64,000 nucleotides of DNA from Catajapyx aquilonaris (GCA_000934665.2 KZ538457.1:1-64000); one strand, 5' to 3'; counted from the stretch's first letter, positions 51,601-63,475 are shown. Made by a program: numbers and translations. The notes: generated from the sequence alone by a model not told the origin.

Positions 51601-54600
51601 GCTGCGGCACCCGGCGTTGCCCGGGAAGAAATGAATGAAGGGAAAACACCTGCCTGTATCCCCGGCAAAATTTTCACGCACAGAGAGCCGCCATGAGACT
51701 TTTAGGAAGGCCGGGTCCAGCGTTGCCAACCTGTATGGTAAATGTGGGGGCATACGGTAATTAACTGCTTTGTACGGTGTACGGTAATGACATGTACGGT
51801 ATGCGGTAAAATGGCTTTTGTAAAATGAATCATTTCTTTTAAAGAGGCTGTCATTTTCTTTTCCCTGCTTACAGTATAGGAGGATTCCACTGTACGCTGT
51901 CAGTTACATTGACCTAAGGTTGTGCGACCTTGAACCCCAAAGACATATTCATGGTTCTCTAATCACCGCTAAGGTTTCATTGACAACATGGCATGTTTTA
52001 AAATGTATGGTATTTTAGGCGAAATACGGTAATTTTGACTCTCGTGGTACTGTGGCTTCTAGGCGTCAGGTTGGCAACGCTGGCCGGGTCGGAAGGACGG
52101 GAGAGGTTTGAGGTGTAGGAGACGGACCACAGATGGCAGGTGAATGACGTTTGGCCTCCCAGACAGAATCACATCCGTCTTTATTGATATAGAGGAAGAT
52201 ATAGAAGATATAGATATCCTGAGACAACGATGACAATGAAGACCAAAAAAAAACACCCCACTGTGTATTCCTTAGGTCAGCCCGTAAGAAAACAGTACCC
52301 ATGGCACCAAAACATGGCACGTTATCTGTTCAGAATTCTATCAACAGAGAGATTGTCATTGAAACTTGTAAATTCATAATTGTTACTGCCATCTGCAAAT
52401 GATGTGCTTGCAACCATTTTAAAAACTACATTGTAAATTTAAATTCTCCAATTTCACTTCATCTGGCATTCATTCCAATGCACTCATTAGAGAGGAGGTG
52501 GGATCTCAAGTTCTTCCCATTGGCTTGTGCAAGAGGTATGTTGTGTCAAGTTAAGTTGCCACTGACAATGAGTATAATATGCCTAGGTTTAACCCAAGTC
52601 TCATCATGGGTCCTCTTTTTTCCTAACTAGTATGCAGAGGTCAAACACCAAGCATTCAAAGATATTTCAGGTCATTAATATTATGTAAGGCTTTATATTA
52701 CTTAAGATAGATATTTTACCAGTTCGGTTTCCAGGTAGACTGATTGAAGGCGGAGGAGGAGTAATATCAGCCAACTTTGGAATCCCCATCTTGATATTCT
52801 TGGATCGGAACTGCTTTTGAAGTTTGGGGCTTACAGCATCGGAAGACGAGAACTGCACTTCAGGCTCCTTCTGGACCACAGCTAGGCATACATATACATC
52901 AATGATCATCAGTGTCATTATTCTATAACTAAAACAGCAAAACAAATGAAGGAGAATCAAGCAATTCAATTGGTAATATTGGAAAACTCGAAATGACTGT
53001 ATATCCGCATACACATGCAACAATATTGTAGGTTTTGAGTTATTTACACCACTAAGTACTGTATTATCCCTCATAGAGTGGCATGCTGGCAAAAACTGGC
53101 TTGGCCAGATTTGAGAAAACACACTTCTGGTGGCTATACCGGTGTACCGGTATAAGACATGATCAGGCAGTACAGAATAGGGGTTTGTCGATATTTTACC
53201 TGTGATGAGCACTAATTTTTTTTCAGCTGTAAAATGAATGAGAATACACCATAGTGTTGTGTCCTCTTTCCCCCATCAGCATCATCAGTCAAGAATAGCT
53301 GCTGTACATCACTTGCCAAATTTTACATGGTCAACATGGCTCAACTTGATCATTCTCGTAAAAGGTAGTCATGTTAATCCTAAGTAATATGCTCTTCACA
53401 AAGGCATTCTGCCTGTCTTCATGTCACTGGCCACAGAATGTTAGTACCAAGTAGTGCAACCATGTCAGCAACAAATAATGTCCAGGAAGCTAGAAATTTT
53501 AATTAGCTTCTCTTACCTACAAACTTGCAGCGTTTGAGGAGTTCAAGGTGCATGGTAAAAATGTCCCCAGGGTCCCTTGGAACCCTAGCCTTAACATGAT
53601 CAGTAGACATTCGGCACAGCTCTGCTCCAGACATGTCCCAGTCCGCAAGCACCACTCCAGCCAGGTTGAACTGACGCACTGCCCACTGGATCCAGTGCTT
53701 CACATGTGTTGACGTCCACTCTTCCGGATCATATGGGATTCGCAATCTCTCCTGCTCTCTTCGAAAATCCAGGTCCATTGTCCAGGGAGTTACAACTTGC
53801 TGGGGTTCCTCTTCTTCTATTTGTGGAGCTGTAGCAGCAATTGGTTCAGTTTCTGATACCAACTCATGGTGCTGTGGATGCTCTTCAGCCCCCTCCACCA
53901 TGTCCTCAGCTGGTTTTAACACATCCACAATATTTATCTTGAAGAAGTCATTATCCATTTTTATCTGCACATTTATCTGGACTAGTCCCTCCCCCTGGAC
54001 ACACTGGTCCACAAGGTTCTTGTGTGATTCCAACTATATAAAAAAAGCAAGCATCAGAGTGTTACATACTTATAAAAAAAGTTTTAATACTAATAGAATA
54101 CTGTCAACTGGCTGTCTGGTGGATACTCTCCAAGAATGTTTCAATTTTCTAGTCAGGTGCTTACAAGCTACGCATGTGATGAACTGTTTTGCAGCACTCA
54201 TGAGCTACATGCTAGTAATAAATAATAATAAATAAATCCAGGTAGTGCTTGGACCCCTCTTGGGGTATTGCACGGACCTTTATTTACTCACTTGTACAAC
54301 GTACACAATTGGAACCTTTGACGAAGCGCCCGGGCCCATGGGCAGGATGACAGGAGGGGATGTGCAAGGTGCAGTGCATGGTTGTAGAAGACTCACGTTA
54401 GGTCACTCCCCACCCACCCCCTGCCGAGGGGTTTTGCAGTGGGTGCTCACCTGAGACCGGCACGAGACATTTCCCAGAGCATTTATGTGGCGACCCTACT
54501 GGACTAAGGCTGAACTTTATAGGTACGAAAGGGGAGGGCTACATTGGGGGGCCCAACATGGCCGCCGCCGGCCATGTTGGGCCAGCATGTAGCGCTTCCC

Positions 54601-57600
54601 TTTCGTACCTATAAAGTTCAGCCTTAGTCCGGTAGGGTCGCCACATAAATGCTCTGGGAAATGTCTCGTGCCGGTCTCAGGTGAGCACCCACTGCAAAAC
54701 CCCTTGGCAGGTGATAAGCCCAGAAGATAGGGGTAGTGTCCGTGGGCTGGTGCAGTGCAATGTCTTAAACGTGGCCATTTTTAGTGAACTCCCCCGGGTG
54801 GTTTAGTCTGTTGAAAATACCACCCGAGACGAAGCCAGAGGTGACCCTGAACTCTGTACGAGATGAAGGGGGTGTCCCCGGGCTGGGATCAAACCCGGGA
54901 CCTTAACATCGGTGGGCGCGTATGTTACCGCAGCACCACTCCGCCTCCCCGTAGCTACATGCTAGTATTGTATGAATGTGCTTGACTCACTGTCAGTATC
55001 AAGATGCACGGCAGTGCATCCCGCCAAGTCTAAGCCACTTCCACCGCCACTGACCCAGACCATTCGCCCCTTCTCTCCTTTACTCTTACGTCTCGCGCTG
55101 CCGTGCATCCTTTACTCGAGCTCACTCGCTCTCTACATTTCGGCATTTTCTAGTTCGGCAAAGGGAAATGCTGCAGGGCTGAAATTTTAATACGACAATG
55201 GGGCACACCCAGGGACCCTACAAATAAATTGTCGTGAAATTTGGACCACTAGGTCCGCGCCAGGAGAGGGCCCAAATTGGCCTTTTTTGTCTGATTCATA
55301 TAATATAGGAATGGCGAGAATCAAAAAGATTGGCCAGTTCCAGTTATCGTACAGATCCCAAATTTTGTACAAAAATTGGCCCTCCTCTGAAACCCCCAGG
55401 AAAAGTCTCAAACTGTAAGTCGCCCATCTTGGGTCCAGACTGCAGCCATTCAAACACGAAAAAAATTCAAAAAAAAATACAACAATGCCAATATATGATA
55501 ATTATGTGGTCTCCATAGTACCAATGTATTGACATTGTTGCAAAGAGAATTCTAGAGGCTAGACGTGTCTTTCTCTCACTCTCTGTTCCAGTTGGCTTGG
55601 TTAACGGTGCAGTTGGGTCTGTACTCAGTGTTACATACCACCCCGATTATAGCCACAAAATGTTAAATCCATAAGAATTAAATTTTCAATTGGTCAAGAG
55701 TTAATATACTGGTTAAAACCGATCAAGAGCAAATTTCAAATTATGGCAAACGCATTCATCCATAGGAAACAGTTCCCCTGAACAATAGCTTACGGCATCC
55801 CGATTCACAAGAGCCAGGGTTTGAGCTTAGACATTATGGGCATTGGCTCGTCACTTTTCTGTTGTGGTCAAGCGTATGTGGCCTTGTCTCGAGTCAAAAA
55901 ATTGGCTGAAATTCAACTAACCAACTTCGATCCCACTCAAGTTAAAGCTAACGATGAACCATTTAACGGAATATAACAGACTAAAGGTGCATTCACATAT
56001 CCGCGATTCCGTGCCCAGCGACCTATTCTGTGCCCCGTCCATCCACGACGCGCTGACCCCAGCGACGGAGTTCCCGTCCAGTGGATGGGGTCACAATGTA
56101 GTGCCCCAAAGAGCTCTGCTACCGGGCGACACCATGGCCGCGACGTCGGTCGCTCGGGCACGGAGTCGCAGTCGCCGATATGTGAATGCACCTTAAGACT
56201 TAAATTCAGGCCGGACCTTTGCAGTTTCCAATTCACTCGTTTTAAGAGGCTCGTCGTGGACAATACTCAAAGTGAATGCAGCGCCAATAGAATCTCGGGA
56301 CATGGACATTGGCCATACTCCGAGGCAGCTATTCTTGTTATATACACCCAACAATTGACGTTACTTTCTTCGTGTCATTCTTTCATTCAACCTTGATTCA
56401 ACCTAACAAAAAGTAGTGAGATCCCACTCAAAAACGCACTCGTAAAAAAGCGCCAAGTCTTCCGCCGAAAAAAAAAACCTGTGAGATGGTGTCTGGGTGC
56501 CAAGCCTTGTCCACTCCGCCGTACAAAGTCGTGAGATCGTGGTGGACGCCAAGCCTTTCTTCGAGGCTATAAGCTAAGTGAGACGACTTGGCCGGACTTG
56601 GTTCACGGGCACGAGGAACAATGCGATACGCGGTTTAATACAATAGAAAGTAAACTTTCAACACTCATTGGTAGAGCCATTACCCAGAATGGAATATTTA
56701 CTTTTAACTGTCAGTGGTGGAGCAATAACGTAACAACTCCACCTTCAAAGTACACATATATAGTTCCTTGATTCATTAGAATGATTATAAATATACTTGG
56801 ACCTCTGATTCGTATCACAGGAACTACAAAATGTCACCTTCGAACCGCACATGATTACAATCGCGGTTTATTAGACTTGAAAATTGAGTCGTACAGCTAA
56901 AATTGGGTAACTTGACCAAATTCCAGCGAACTGTACGTGTATTGTTCCTCGTGCCCGTGAACCAAGTCCGGCCAAGTCGTCTCACTTAGCTTATAGCCTC
57001 GAAGAAAGGCTTGGCGTCCACCACGATCTCACGACTTTGTACGGCAGAGTGGACAAGGCTTGGCACCCAGACACCATCTCACAGGGTTTTTTTTTCGGCG
57101 GAAGACTTGGCGCTTTTTTACGAGTGCGTTTTTGAGTGGGATAAGCATTGTTCTGAATGGACTTTCTCTTTGACTCAAATGCTATCCTCTCTCTATATCA
57201 TCAGCATACAAGTGAAACACACCAACAGCTAAGTCCAACAAACCAAATTCAAGATAATCAAAGCGAAATATTTCATCTTGCCATTGCTTACATTGTAGTG
57301 ATAACAGAAAATCCTGGCTTGCTGACTCCTTATGAATTTGTAGGACTAAATGGACTGACCAGGCAATGAAGGCTTTTAAATGCTTCTCAGTGGCATCAGT
57401 CAACACCTTCAAAATTGGACTTATACGAGTCATTTAAATGAAAACAATGGAAGGTCATAGCAAATTGCCAAATGAGTTTCTTGTGGCATATTCTACACAA
57501 AATGTAGGTGGTACAGTGCTTGACATTAATGATCATCTAAAGGTGTCATTTTCAGCGTATAAAGATGCATTGTCAGACAGGCGTCGCCTACTAACCAACG

Positions 57601-58577
57601 AAAATATGCGAAAATATGGAACAACTGCTAGTTTGTTAACGTGCTACCAAATTCCAGGGCCAAGAGTAAACTGTAATGTAAGGGTATTCTTTCCTTTCTT
57701 TTTCTTTCTTTTTTCTTTTTTAACTAGTTTATGACAAGGTCCAGTATTTACCTTTCCTGGGCCATTGAAGGTCCGGACCCCCCGTGTAAAGATATGGATT
57801 TTATATTTTTATATGGTACCACAGGGTTCATTTTTGAAAATAGAAACATGTGCAGCACGGGTAGAAGAGCCTATCAAGACAGGACATATTAAGACATTTT
57901 TGCCCTTTTATGATGTCCTGTACAGGCGCGTAGGCAGAAAAATTTCGGAGGGGCCCCATTTCATAAGCACAAGGTGAACAAACCGTAAAGGGCGGGGAGC
58001 AAGCCCGCCGCAGGCGAAATTTTTTTGCGGGGGTGGAAGGTCACACAAGCTTATGTGAAAGTGGGAGATTTGAATGGGTGTGTATTTGATAAAATTGGTA
58101 GCACTTTTTCCAAAAAATCATGAATTAGTAATTTCTAATGCTACTTCAAACTGTCCTGTATATCATCGCGGTCCGGACAAAATTACGTCGCGGTACGGAT
58201 CCGGACCGCGGTCCGCCAGTTGAATAGCCCTGCTGTAATGTATAGGAATGAAAATAAATTATGACCTCCTTGATTTTCACTGCCTATTTAAAAGCCTATT
58301 TTGACTGTTTTCAGGACCTAAATGCCTACCTTTTTGGTGGGTTTTTAGAACCTAAAAATCCGTTCTTTAGACATAACTGTTTTTCACAGCCATACTTTTC
58401 TTGCCGCTTTTCTTATCCAGTCATTATTTTGCTCGTGTGAGACTCACAATTTGTGTATCCTGCAGCCAAAAATTGTAATGTCGAAGGGAAAATCCCATGC
58501 GTTGCTCCAGAAGTGTCCGCAAGGTTGACAAGGGCTCTCTAATGTCCATGAGTTGTGCAATTATAGATCCATCATCC
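45384..58577 (-). CDS. GABPA: GA-binding protein alpha / Ets97D-like ETS transcription factor, 5'-partial: complement(join(45384..45614,46949..47172,52720..52881,53517..54033,58448..58577))
   Basis: OST domain ([17 protein letters not shown]...[32 protein letters not shown]), PNT domain ([31 protein letters not shown]...[11 protein letters not shown]) and ETS domain ([19 protein letters not shown]...[36 protein letters not shown]). GT-AG introns with consistent phases. The start exon was not found in the window. Confidence 0.93.
46949..47172 (-). CDS. GABPA: GABPA ETS-domain exon
   Basis: ttgcag|(G)[21 protein letters not shown]...[11 protein letters not shown]|gtaagt. Confidence 0.95.
47921..48260 (-). 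mobile_element. tRNA-derived SINE, family B
   Basis: TSD aatgcagatgactt at 47907-47920 and 48261-48274. Confidence 0.88.
49427..50170 (-). mobile_element. Internally deleted rosa/DD41D-type Tc1/mariner element
   Basis: TA|CAGGGTGTCCCTAAATGATTGTCAAC ~120-bp TIRs; HTH remnant [28 protein letters not shown] and [17 protein letters not shown]. Confidence 0.88.
50199..50495 (-). mobile_element. tRNA-derived SINE, family A, inserted in the right arm of the Sola-like element
   Basis: TSD ggac(t/c)acatgacaat at 50184-50198 and 50496-50510. Confidence 0.85.
51598..51626 (-). mobile_element. Helitron-like 3' terminus
   Basis: Minus strand cccgggcaacgccgggtgccgcagCTAG|t: GC hairpin followed by CTAG; 5' end not traced. 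Confidence 0.5.
52720..52881 (-). CDS. GABPA: GABPA linker exon
   Basis: cctag|(A)[19 protein letters not shown]...SLPGNRT+G|gtaaaa. Confidence 0.9.
53517..54033 (-). CDS. GABPA: GABPA exon, rest of OST plus PNT domain
   Basis: atatag|[16 protein letters not shown]...[10 protein letters not shown]+G|gtaaga. Confidence 0.93.
54218..54952 (-). mobile_element. Composite family-D SINE with a swapped 3' tail and an internal insertion
   Basis: 15-bp TSD agctacatgctagta at 54203-54217 and 54953-54967; family-D head at ~54760-54950. Confidence 0.85.
54420..54711. repeat. 292-bp near-perfect palindrome
   Basis: cctgccgaggggttttgcagtggg...cccactgcaaaaccccttggcagg, centre cccaacatggcc-gccgcc-ggccatgttggg. 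Confidence 0.9.
55985..56193. mobile_element. PIF/Harbinger-type MITE
   Basis: TAA|AGGTGCATTCACATAT...ATATGTGAATGCACCT|TAA. Confidence 0.85.
56423..57140. mobile_element. MITE with ~200-bp near-identical TIRs, CCC ends and AT flanks (EnSpm/CACTA-like)
   Basis: 56421-56622 is the reverse complement of 56941-57142. Confidence 0.8.
58448..58577 (-). CDS. GABPA: GABPA exon, N-terminal part of OST domain
   Basis: tttttag|[44 protein letters not shown]|gtgagt; too short for the ORF track. Confidence 0.9.
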
Positions 58578-58982
58578 CTAAAAACAAAATAAAGCATTAA
58601 TTTTCAACTGTAGGGCAGAGAATGGGTTTCTTAATAGTAAAAAGCATGGAACTTCAAACATGTTAATGGGAACCTTCCCAAAAGGCAAAACGACTAATAC
58701 AGTTCCAATGCAGAAATTGTGGCTGCTATTAGCACTTGGTGCAGCTCCCCCAGACCTGAGTTCTATGCCAACAGGAGGAAAGAACTAGTACATCGTTGGT
58801 GCAAGTGTATTGCTGTAGGTGGTGAGTAAGTAGAAAAGTAAATGCAAGGTACTCCCGATTATCCGGCCTAATGATTGCACGGGCATCGCCAGATAATCGG
58901 AAAACACTGATAATCAGAAAATGGTCCTAGAAACCATAAAAAGTAGCAGTTCAGAGGTTTTTAACGAACTACAGTATACATA

Positions 58983-59520
58983 CGAGGGTCGGTCATAAAG
59001 TTTTAATTATCACCAAGAAAGAAGAGAGCTACTTTCACAGGATTTAGTGGTGGAGTTAGTCCATCTCTACATGACCCATCCAGAGTTACACACTTCTCCC
59101 ATCAATGGATGAGCTGGTGGAGACCTTTGTTGTAGAAGTCCTCTTTCTGGCTGTTCAGCAAGTGCTTCACCTCGAAAATCACACCACAAGCATCCACTGT
59201 TTGCTTTGTTTCTTTGTTTCGGGATCATAATGGTAGACCCAGCACTCATCCATAGCGATCAGCCGTTGAAAAAAGTCACCTGGGTCGGCCTGACACAGCT
59301 TCAACATTTGTGATGCCACATCCTTTCGTTTTTAGCAATGGGGTGAGCAATCACGGCACTCAGTGGGCGGCAACTTTCTTCATGTGCAGTTCATTGTGGA
59401 TGATGTTTAATACTGGCCCATGACTGATGTGGACCTTTGCCATGATCGCTTCAACAGTGATACCCCAATATGTGAGTAGTAGGGCCTCCATGTCTTTAAC
59501 AATTCCTGGTTTTTCACTGA
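58983..59520 (-). mobile_element. Decayed mariner element
   Basis: ta|cgagggtc terminus; LNIIHNELHMKKVAAH*VP*LLT (WVPHEL motif) and FFQRLIAMDECWVYHYDPETKKQSKQW. Confidence 0.85.
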
Positions 59521-59584
59521 GAGAGAGAGGGGGGGGGGGGTTGCCAAGGTAGTTTTTACATTAACAAACACTCAGCTGCGAATA

Positions 59585-59757
59585 CAGTTGAATCAGGATA
59601 TAACAGACTCTCTCGGCTATAACGACTTTCGGTTATAGCATACTCGAAAGGCCGGTCCAGGCATACTTCCATATTTGGCTTTTGTATTCGGCTATAACAG
59701 ACCTCAGCTATTGATTACCGCAGTCCCTTGAAGTCTGTTACATACGGATTCAACTGT
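59585..59757. mobile_element. Tigger/pogo-like MITE
   Basis: ta|cagttgaatc...gattcaactg|ta with repeated tcggctataac motifs. Confidence 0.7.
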
Positions 59758-60514
59758 ATAAGTTACTTATGTTATGAAGTTAATGAAAATATTTTGTTTT
59801 ATTTTAGAAAAAAAAAAATGCATTTTTATGCAAATGGGGGAGGGGCAGGTTACTTGGCATTTATAAAAGGGGGTCGCGACTCGAGAAAGGTTGGGAACCA
59901 CTGCTCTAAACCCTCCACCCAACCACTCCAAAAGTGAGGAATGCAAGCAATGAAGAATCACAATCCCATCATCAAACTAGCAATATTTCTACTCGAACTG
60001 ACATGTCCAATGCAGGTTTTAGGTCAGCTGTGGTTGGAAAAGTCAGAGAGGATGCTAATTTGGTGGAAGAGGAGTATCCCTGAGCTTTTGCAAGATTGCG
60101 GGTGCGGAAAACATCCATGACAGTTCCCAAGTTCTGATGGTAGCTGTACCTTCAACGTCACGACATAGCCAAGGGGTAAATCACTCTTGAAGTCCGTTGT
60201 ACGGTAGGCACCAAGTCCGGGCCCAAGTCCGATCTTTGTCAGGTGGAATGTGAAAAAGTCCGGGATTTTTTAAAAATCACGTCGTTAATCTTGAATAAGA
60301 CGAACTATTTGCCATGCACAATACAATGGTACCATACTTGGTACCACACTTGGCATGATTGCATTAAAATTATTGTGGACATACTAGCAGGAAATCCATC
60401 CGATTTTCGTGCAATTCCTACCACCATATTTATTCAGGCAGAATTTTCGGGACCGGCCTGCAAGGTAGTTCAAAATTGGCAAAAATATATCAAAAATAAC
60501 AGCGCCTCAATTAA

Positions 60515-61533
60515 CCCTTTATCTCCTGCTGTCCCGAGATTCGGGACAACGAAAAATTTGCCATATCTCGATGGTCAAGGTCACGATGTTGATGGCTGAG
60601 ATGTAATCGGAATCATTACAATATAAGACACATGTGACGCATATTTGATGATTCTAAGTCAATGACTTGGTTATAAAATGCTGACGCGATTTTTTTTAAA
60701 TGTGAATTTCGCGCCATTATGTAGCTCTCAGAAGTGCAATATTGCTTATATGGAGTGAAAAACTGTTTGCGTGCATGACTCAGGTCCTCTTCTATACAAC
60801 GCATAAGTTTGACATGTTTAGGTCCAGCGATAAGACGGTATAAAAGAGAGGCTGAGTATCAGGCTACGGTTGCCTGCACTCGCGTCCGCTTCAATGCAGA
60901 GTTGCCTTATATTTCCTTGAGGGTCCTTGAAAACGTATTGGAGTAGAAGCTAGTGTTTGGGAGTAGAAGGTGATAACCCTCAAATGGGTCGTAATTGAGT
61001 TATCACCTTCTTCTCCCGAACCCTATTGTAATCCATATGTCCAAAAAAAGAAGAGAGATAATGAAGGGTTTGGGAGAAGAAGGTGATAACTCAATTCCGA
61101 CCCTTTTGAGGGTTATCACCTTCTACTCCCGAACCTTTCAATTACTGGCATCATTTAGTTACACTATGGTGAAAAACAAGGCATAACAAATGTAATTAGC
61201 AAAAGCCCAATAACATTCGATATAGATTATAGCAATTAAGTTAATGGCGTAATTTCTAAATTTCGAGCTTTACTTCCTAAACTGTAATGAATGGTCATGA
61301 ATTTCTTCACGTTCATTGGTCCAATCGTGAACGACTATGAAACACAGATGTAACATTCCTGGACTTTGAATTTGGCGCATCACAGCTGATTCATTGGAAG
61401 AATTAATGAAAAAATGCAATAAATGTCGCCCCGTGACAGCTGACTCCTCCAGATGTGGCCGATGACAAGGCTAGGGTTGTAAATATAATTAAACTTCACC
61501 TGCGAAAAATTCCTTATGGCAGTAGATAAAGGG
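60515..61533. mobile_element. TTAA-target (piggyBac-like) non-autonomous element
   Basis: TTAA|CCCTTTATCT(C/A)CTGC...GCAGTAGATAAAGGG|TTAA. Confidence 0.7.
60955..61134. mobile_element. Double-hairpin MITE nested in the TTAA element
   Basis: Two self-complementary units gggag(t/a)agaaggtgataac...gttatcaccttct(t/a)ctccc in inverted arrangement. Confidence 0.75.
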
Positions 61534-61923
61534 TTAAACCGTGTAAGTAAAAAAACACGTCTTCTTAGGTTTTCCATGTATACAGGGTGTACCAAAAATG
61601 GAAGAACTTGTAGAATAAACATTGTAAGTAGACAGAAATAATATTATACTCGTCAATGTTTTCACAGTCACTCATTTTGATTTTTTGGTTATTTTGCACC
61701 AAGTCCAACAGGGTGTGCCAAAAACACCATCGAATATAAGGGTTCGTATAATAAATGGTATAAATAATTTTAAATCATGTTCTTAATTAATTAAGAGGGT
61801 TAAAAGACGAATTAAATTTCGCTTTAATTAATAATGATTTATAATTTTTATGTAATAAAATTTTAATCACATAACGTTCAGCTACACTACTCTCTGATAA
61901 AACCTAGTCTGCAAAAACAACTA

Positions 61924-61944
61924 AGTTTTTTTTTTTTCTTCTTC

Positions 61945-61977
<33 letters not shown>

Positions 61978-62244
61978 CCGTGCTCGAGCCATTCGGCTCG
62001 TTTTGGAGGGAGGGGAAGGTTCCCAAGGGGGGGCATCCTCGGTTTATAGTCACTCACGACTCTCTCAGATACACCAGACCTTTTCTCTGGCCCCGGGCAG
62101 CTAAGGGAGTGCAATGCTGCCCCGGCGTGTCGGGTGAAAAGCGGAAAAAGACCCGGCCAAGCAGAGGTGACGGGGACGGGATTTGAACCCCGGCCTCCTG
62201 CTTGGCTAGCCAGTGGCGTAACCACTAGACTACCACGCCTCCCT
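61924..62244 (-). mobile_element. tRNA-derived SINE, family C
   Basis: (TTA)n/poly-T tail on +; TSD aaaaacaacta at 61913-61923 and 62245-62255. Confidence 0.85.
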
Positions 62245-62384
62245 AAAAACAACTACGTTAATCAAGACTGAATCATGAAATTGCTGCCAGGTTGACCTTC
62301 AGGGTGTATGGTAACTGGAAAATCACTGGCCAGCTACTAATTCTGCTAGACACAATTTTGAAATGAAAACACCTATAGAGGTGC

Positions 62385-62665
62385 ATACCCTATCAGTGGG
62401 GCTTAACGTCGGCCTGTTTCTGCTGCTAAGGCTAAACACCGATGCCAGGAGGTGGTCCTCCTCCTGGAAATTTGGCCACTCTGGGGATCTTTAACGTGCA
62501 CTTGCGCAATGTCACAAGCACACAGGACCGACAGCTTTACTTCCCCTCCGAAGGAAGGTGCACTCTCACTTTTCTACCACCCGGAGAAAAGTAACCGACC
62601 TCGGCCGGGTTAGAACCCACAACTTTGGGTCTAGAGGCAAGCGCGCTAACCACCAGACCACCAGC
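62385..62665 (-). mobile_element. tRNA-derived SINE, family F (Deu/Nin-domain-like core)
   Basis: + strand ggggatctttaacgtgcac...ctttacttcccctccgaagga; head tggtctggtggttagcgcg...ggttctaacccgg on minus. Confidence 0.7.
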
Positions 62666-63121
62666 ATACCAGGGAGGTTCAGTTTATGTCTTAAACTGAG
62701 TTTCAAAAGCCAATAATTAACTTTCACCTTTTTCAGAATTAGTGTTTGTACTAAAGTTTTGATTTCCTACATTAGAAATAACTACATCATTTTAATCGCC
62801 AATCGCAAGATTGTGCAGAAACATTAAATTTGCAACTTATTATAGCCTAGGTCTACCATTTATTCTACGAGCTCTTAAATTTGATGGTGTTTTTAGTACA
62901 GCCTGTAGGTCATGGTTGAAAATAACCTAAAAATCAAAATCAGCAACCACAAAAACACCGGGAAATATTCTTTTCACCAACGTATAATGTTTTCTCTAGA
63001 AGTATTTCAATTCCATGGTGCATTATATTTTTCGTACACCCTGCAACAGGCTAAGTTAAAAAGTAGCCTATCTATAAATCTAAATCAGTGACCCCAAAAA
63101 CATAAGGAGACATGTTCTTTA

Positions 63122-63339
63122 CGGTTCCATAACAGTTCGCCCGATTCACATTCACCCCACGACAATTCGCCCGATGAATGACTATTTCCCACCATACAAA
63201 CTTGCCCCCGATGCAAGTTATTATTGGTATAGGCCTATAGAACCGATAGCTGAAACTGAATGTACTGTAATGCAATATGCACTGCAATATGACTTTGTAT
63301 GGCGGGCGAATGTGCATTGGGCGAATTGGTATGATACCG
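63122..63339. mobile_element. MITE with repeated ttcgccc motifs
   Basis: cggttccataacagttcgccc...gggcgaattggtatgataccg imperfect TIRs. Confidence 0.6.
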
Positions 63340-63475
63340 TTTATTACTTGATATGATTTAATTGAGGTGCTATTATTTCGATGCATGCTGACCTGTATTT
63401 TTATTAGTGTGCAGCTTAATATGGAGTAGTGGCATATTATAAAATATTACCAAAATATCAAGGACTACATGTAAT

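Noticed and set aside
52882..53212. 5' part of the 181-aa ORF
   Set aside because: Open intronic sequence; only 52720-52881 is the GABPA exon.
54420..54711. Hammerhead ribozyme or retrozyme within the palindrome
   Set aside because: No CUGANGA...GAAA core in the required arrangement was found by eye.
30053..58577. TMEM145 next to an ETS gene as conserved synteny with the human ERF-TMEM145 neighbourhood
   Set aside because: ERF and GABPA belong to different ETS subfamilies; likely coincidence without multi-species data.
59970..60118. Candidate GABPA start exon (MDVFRTRNLAKAQG...)
   Set aside because: No phase-2 donor compatible with the 58577 acceptor and no similarity to GABPA N-termini.
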